Positions 60,923-64,000 of a stretch of 64,000 nucleotides of DNA are shown here, piece after piece (the first letter of the stretch is position 1; each line of letters begins with the position of its first letter). The notes beneath the pieces are model-generated. The model worked only from the letters and a program-made list of their open reading frames with translations. It searched no databases and was not told the origin of the DNA. A program made the translations under genes and the position numbers. Origin of the DNA: Bacteroidales bacterium (GTDB lineage: Bacteria > Bacteroidota > Bacteroidia > Bacteroidales > Bacteroidaceae); NCBI GenBank assembly GCA_004558865.1, contig SFCY01000001.1, positions 801 through 64,800 of the forward strand. Reading direction: 5' to 3'.

Positions 60923-61022
60923 TTGGATAAGCGATGGCAAAGTAACTAAAAGAGCTGATACCTCGCGGGAAGTGCAGCCCTAATTTTGCACAATCAAAGT
61001 TTCATCGGACAGCGATATTACT

Positions 61023-61075
61023 AAAAAAGGGGAATCCGCATGCTGTTCGTTTGCGGATTCCCCTTCTTTCTTCTT
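61023..61075 (-). terminator. Intrinsic terminator of degP (possibly bidirectional)
   Basis: AAGGGGAATCCGCA/TGCGGATTCCCCTT stem with A-tract. Confidence 0.75.
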
Positions 61076-61115
61076 GTGGTTCCTTGCCCTCTTCCCTTTT
61101 TGGGCAGCAAGACTT

Positions 61116-62591
61116 TTAGTTGTCGAGTGGGATGGCGAAGTATGCCTTCTTTCCCGTGGGCCAGACTCCCTGCACATAGAGCACGGGATCCTTGCTGGTG
61201 GAGGCGCTCTTGACAATCTTCTGCAGTTCGTCGATGGTCTTCACGGGCGTGTCGTTGATCTTCTGTATGATGAACCCACGGGCCACGCCGGCGTTCTGCA
61301 GGGCACCCTTGGCCACTTTCACCACCTCAACGCCATAGCTGATGCCAAGCTGCTTTTTCTGGGACTCTGTGACCTCGCGGAAGTTGCCGCCCAAGACATC
61401 CAGGTCGGCGGGCTTCACGATCTCGGTAGTACCCTGGGCATTCTTCAGCGTCACGGTTTTGGTGTGCTTGTTCTTGTTGTGCAGGTAAGTGATGGTCACC
61501 TTGTCGCCCGGGCGTTTTCCAGCCAGCACCTCCTGCATCTCGGCCATCTTGGTGATTTGTTTGCCGTCGAGCATCGTGATGACGTCGCCCTTGACCATCC
61601 CGGCCTCGGCTGCTGCGCCGTCGTCCTCCACCTTGTTCACGTACACGCCCTCATTGGTGCCCAGGTCCACGTCCTTGCCGTCTTCTTTCTGGCTGTTGAT
61701 GTAGTTGAGCACGTCGCTTCCCGTGATGCCCAGCATGGCGCGCTGCACGCTGCCGTATTTCTTCAGGTCGTCCACCACCTTGTTCATGATGGCTGTCGGA
61801 ATGGCGAAACCGTATCCGCTGTATGATCCCGTCTGCGAGTAGAGCATGGCGTTGATGCCCACCAGCTCACCTTGTGCGTTGACCAGCGCGCCTCCCGAGT
61901 TGCCGGGGTTGATGGCGGCATCGGTCTGTATGAAGCTCTCCACTCCGTTGGCATAGAGCGAGCGTGCCTTGGCCGAGACGATTCCAGCCGTGACGGTGGA
62001 GTTGAGGTTGAAGGGATTACCCACAGCGATCACCCATTCTCCCACCTTGAGCTTCTCGCTGTCGCCGATGGGCAGGGTGGGGAGGTTCTTGGCGTCCACC
62101 TTGATCAGCGCAAGGTCGGTGGTCTTGTCCGTTCCCACAATGCGTGCTGAGAACTCGCGGTTGTCGTTGAGCGTGACGGTCAGCTCGTCGGCCCCGTCCA
62201 CCACGTGGTTGTTGGTCACGATGTATCCGTCTGTGGATATGATGACGCCTGAGCCTGTGGCCTCCCGCTTGGGGGTTTGTATCTTCCTCTCCTGCGAGCC
62301 GCCTCCCCCGTTGGGGTTGCCGAAGAATCCGAATGGGTCGCTGAAGAAGTCCTCGAATGGGTCCGACTGCACTCTCACGGTCTTCGTCTTCGAGTTCTGC
62401 ACGTAGCGGATGTGTACCACAGCCGGTATGGCCTTTTCGGCCGCGTAGGTCAGGTCGACGGGCTGTCCGGGCAGCGGAGCCACCTTGTCGGCGTTGTTGG
62501 TCGATGCCTGCGCCTGGATGCCCGGCGCGGTCCAGAGGGCCAGCGACAAAGCCACTGTGCTGGCCATCAATAGATTTGAAACTTTCCTCAT
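61116..62591 (-). CDS. degP: HtrA/DegP serine protease with two PDZ domains
   Basis: GSGVII, TNNHVV, TDAAINPGNSGG; signal peptide; TATATTTG at 62661-62668. Confidence 0.92.
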   Translation of the reverse strand: MRKVSNLLMASTVALSLALWTAPGIQAQASTNNADKVAPLPGQPVDLTYAAEKAIPAVVHIRYVQNSKTKTVRVQSDPFEDFFSDPFGFFGNPNGGGGSQERKIQTPKREATGSGVIISTDGYIVTNNHVVDGADELTVTLNDNREFSARIVGTDKTTDLALIKVDAKNLPTLPIGDSEKLKVGEWVIAVGNPFNLNSTVTAGIVSAKARSLYANGVESFIQTDAAINPGNSGGALVNAQGELVGINAMLYSQTGSYSGYGFAIPTAIMNKVVDDLKKYGSVQRAMLGITGSDVLNYINSQKEDGKDVDLGTNEGVYVNKVEDDGAAAEAGMVKGDVITMLDGKQITKMAEMQEVLAGKRPGDKVTITYLHNKNKHTKTVTLKNAQGTTEIVKPADLDVLGGNFREVTESQKKQLGISYGVEVVKVAKGALQNAGVARGFIIQKINDTPVKTIDELQKIVKSASTSKDPVLYVQGVWPTGKKAYFAIPLDN

Positions 62592-63048
62592 ATTCTAAAT
62601 CTTATATCTGTGTTGTTGATTCCATTTTGTTTTTGCCCTCGGGGGCTTTGAAAGCGGCTGCAAATATAAGCGCAAAATTTGTTAATCTGTCAAATTGTCA
62701 TCCATCTTTATTCCATTTTAACACTTTCTGCGGACATATTAAATAAAGGTAACACACAATGAAAGGCTGAAGACCTGAAGACCCTCCCCCAACCAAAAGG
62801 CCCTTCCCAAAAAACAAAGACCCTCCCTACGAAGGGAGGGGAATCCAATCGACAAAAACAACATGGGACCAAAGACGAGCGTTCAATTTCTTGGCGCCTT
62901 TGCGAGATCGTGACATATTCGGGTGTCGTGTGCGTCCGTTGCAGGGGTCGTGTAGGATGCACGTTATGGGAACATGCGGTTGGATGGCCTTGCCCCCTTC
63001 TTGGGTTCCCCTGCCTCTGTTGGGGGCGGGGAATAGGGAGGCTTTGGG

Positions 63049-64000
63049 TTAGGAGCAGGGCTTAGGAGTCTCCATCCTACCCTTGTATTCGGGCAGCAGG
63101 CGGGCCAGACGGGCCTTGCAGCCCTTGGGTACGACAAAGGTGAGCAGGGGTAGGGGAGTGGCCTCGTCCTCGTCCATGGGGAGGAGGCTCATGGCGAAGG
63201 CGTCGGGGGCTATGCGCTCGGGAATGACGGTCAGTGTCATCCTTTTCAGGGCCTGGCAGTTGAAGAATGCCTTGCGCCCGATCTCCTCCAGCCTGGGACC
63301 AGCGGCGACCTCGGCCAGACCCGTGGAGCAGGCCACGGCCGCGGCCTCCAGTTCCAACACGCTCCCGCCCATCTCAAGGCGTGCGAGCCTGGGGCGGTGA
63401 GCCAGGGCCAAACGTCCCACGGTGGCCACGCCTTCGGGGATGTGGTAGAGGCTTTCGTCGGCGCAGAGACCCACCAGCCGGCGTCCGCCCTCGCTGAGGA
63501 GCGCGTGGCCTTGGCACACGAAGGCTTCCCCGCGGCTCTCCATCTGTACCGGACTCGACCCCAAGAGGGGATGGGCTCCCATCGCGGCCACGCCCCTGCC
63601 GAAGCTTACGGCCTTCAGCCGCGGGCAGAAAGCCAAGGCCAGTTCGCCCACCGTCTCCACGCTGTCGGGGATAAACAGCTCCTCTAACTGCGAGCAACCC
63701 TCAAAGGCGTGGCCTCCGAGGCTCCGCAGCCCCTTGGGCAGACTCATGTGGCGGAGATCGGTGCAATGGGCGAAGGCGAGGTCAGGGATGGCTTTCAGGC
63801 TTTGAGGCAGATCCACGCGTTTCAGGCGCGCGCAGCCGCCGAAAGCGTTGGGGCCGATGGTTTCCACGGTGGGGGCCACGCTCACTTCCCTGGCCGTGCA
63901 GCAGGCCAAGGCCGAGTCGCCGATGGCTCTCAGCCCGCTCGGTGTCTCCACCTCGCTCTTAGTGCCTGTGTATGCGATGAGGCGCAGCCCGTCGGAGGAG
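63049..64000 (-). CDS. BspA-type leucine-rich repeat protein (5' end outside the window)
   Basis: Repeats such as IGPNAFGGCARLKRVDLP and LGGHAFEGCSQLEELFIP; frame open to the window edge. Confidence 0.85.
   Translation of the reverse strand, partial: SSDGLRLIAYTGTKSEVETPSGLRAIGDSALACCTAREVSVAPTVETIGPNAFGGCARLKRVDLPQSLKAIPDLAFAHCTDLRHMSLPKGLRSLGGHAFEGCSQLEELFIPDSVETVGELALAFCPRLKAVSFGRGVAAMGAHPLLGSSPVQMESRGEAFVCQGHALLSEGGRRLVGLCADESLYHIPEGVATVGRLALAHRPRLARLEMGGSVLELEAAAVACSTGLAEVAAGPRLEEIGRKAFFNCQALKRMTLTVIPERIAPDAFAMSLLPMDEDEATPLPLLTFVVPKGCKARLARLLPEYKGRMETPKPCS

Overview
Core-genome window of a Bacteroidales bacterium, most likely Prevotella-like, judged from the TAnnTTTG -7 promoter elements before many genes and from gene content. 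It holds about 50 CDSs, mostly housekeeping (ribH, recF, mutS2, valS, mazG, rnz, truA, dapA, uvrA, pheT, lepA, serS, an AddAB-type helicase-nuclease pair, degP), plus 5 tRNAs and the SRP RNA. Five items stand out. (1) A translationally coupled NTP-transferase / ATP-grasp / CDP-alcohol phosphotransferase / HAD operon resembles an inositol-lipid pathway, and its ATP-grasp protein carries inositol-trisphosphate-kinase (ITPK1)-like motifs. (2) A highly structured ~280 bp TA-flanked MITE-like element occurs twice, plus a solo end; one copy sits at the breakpoint of an SDR pseudogene. (3) Three intergenic loci carry 22-bp-period repeats, and two of them contain a CRP-box-like TGTGA-CAATTG-TCACA palindrome. 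(4) A fused NfnAB-type flavoprotein is present. (5) A possible integrative-element scar follows tRNA-Gly. No CRISPR array, prophage, rRNA or transposase was seen. All family assignments come from motif recognition by eye, not database searches.
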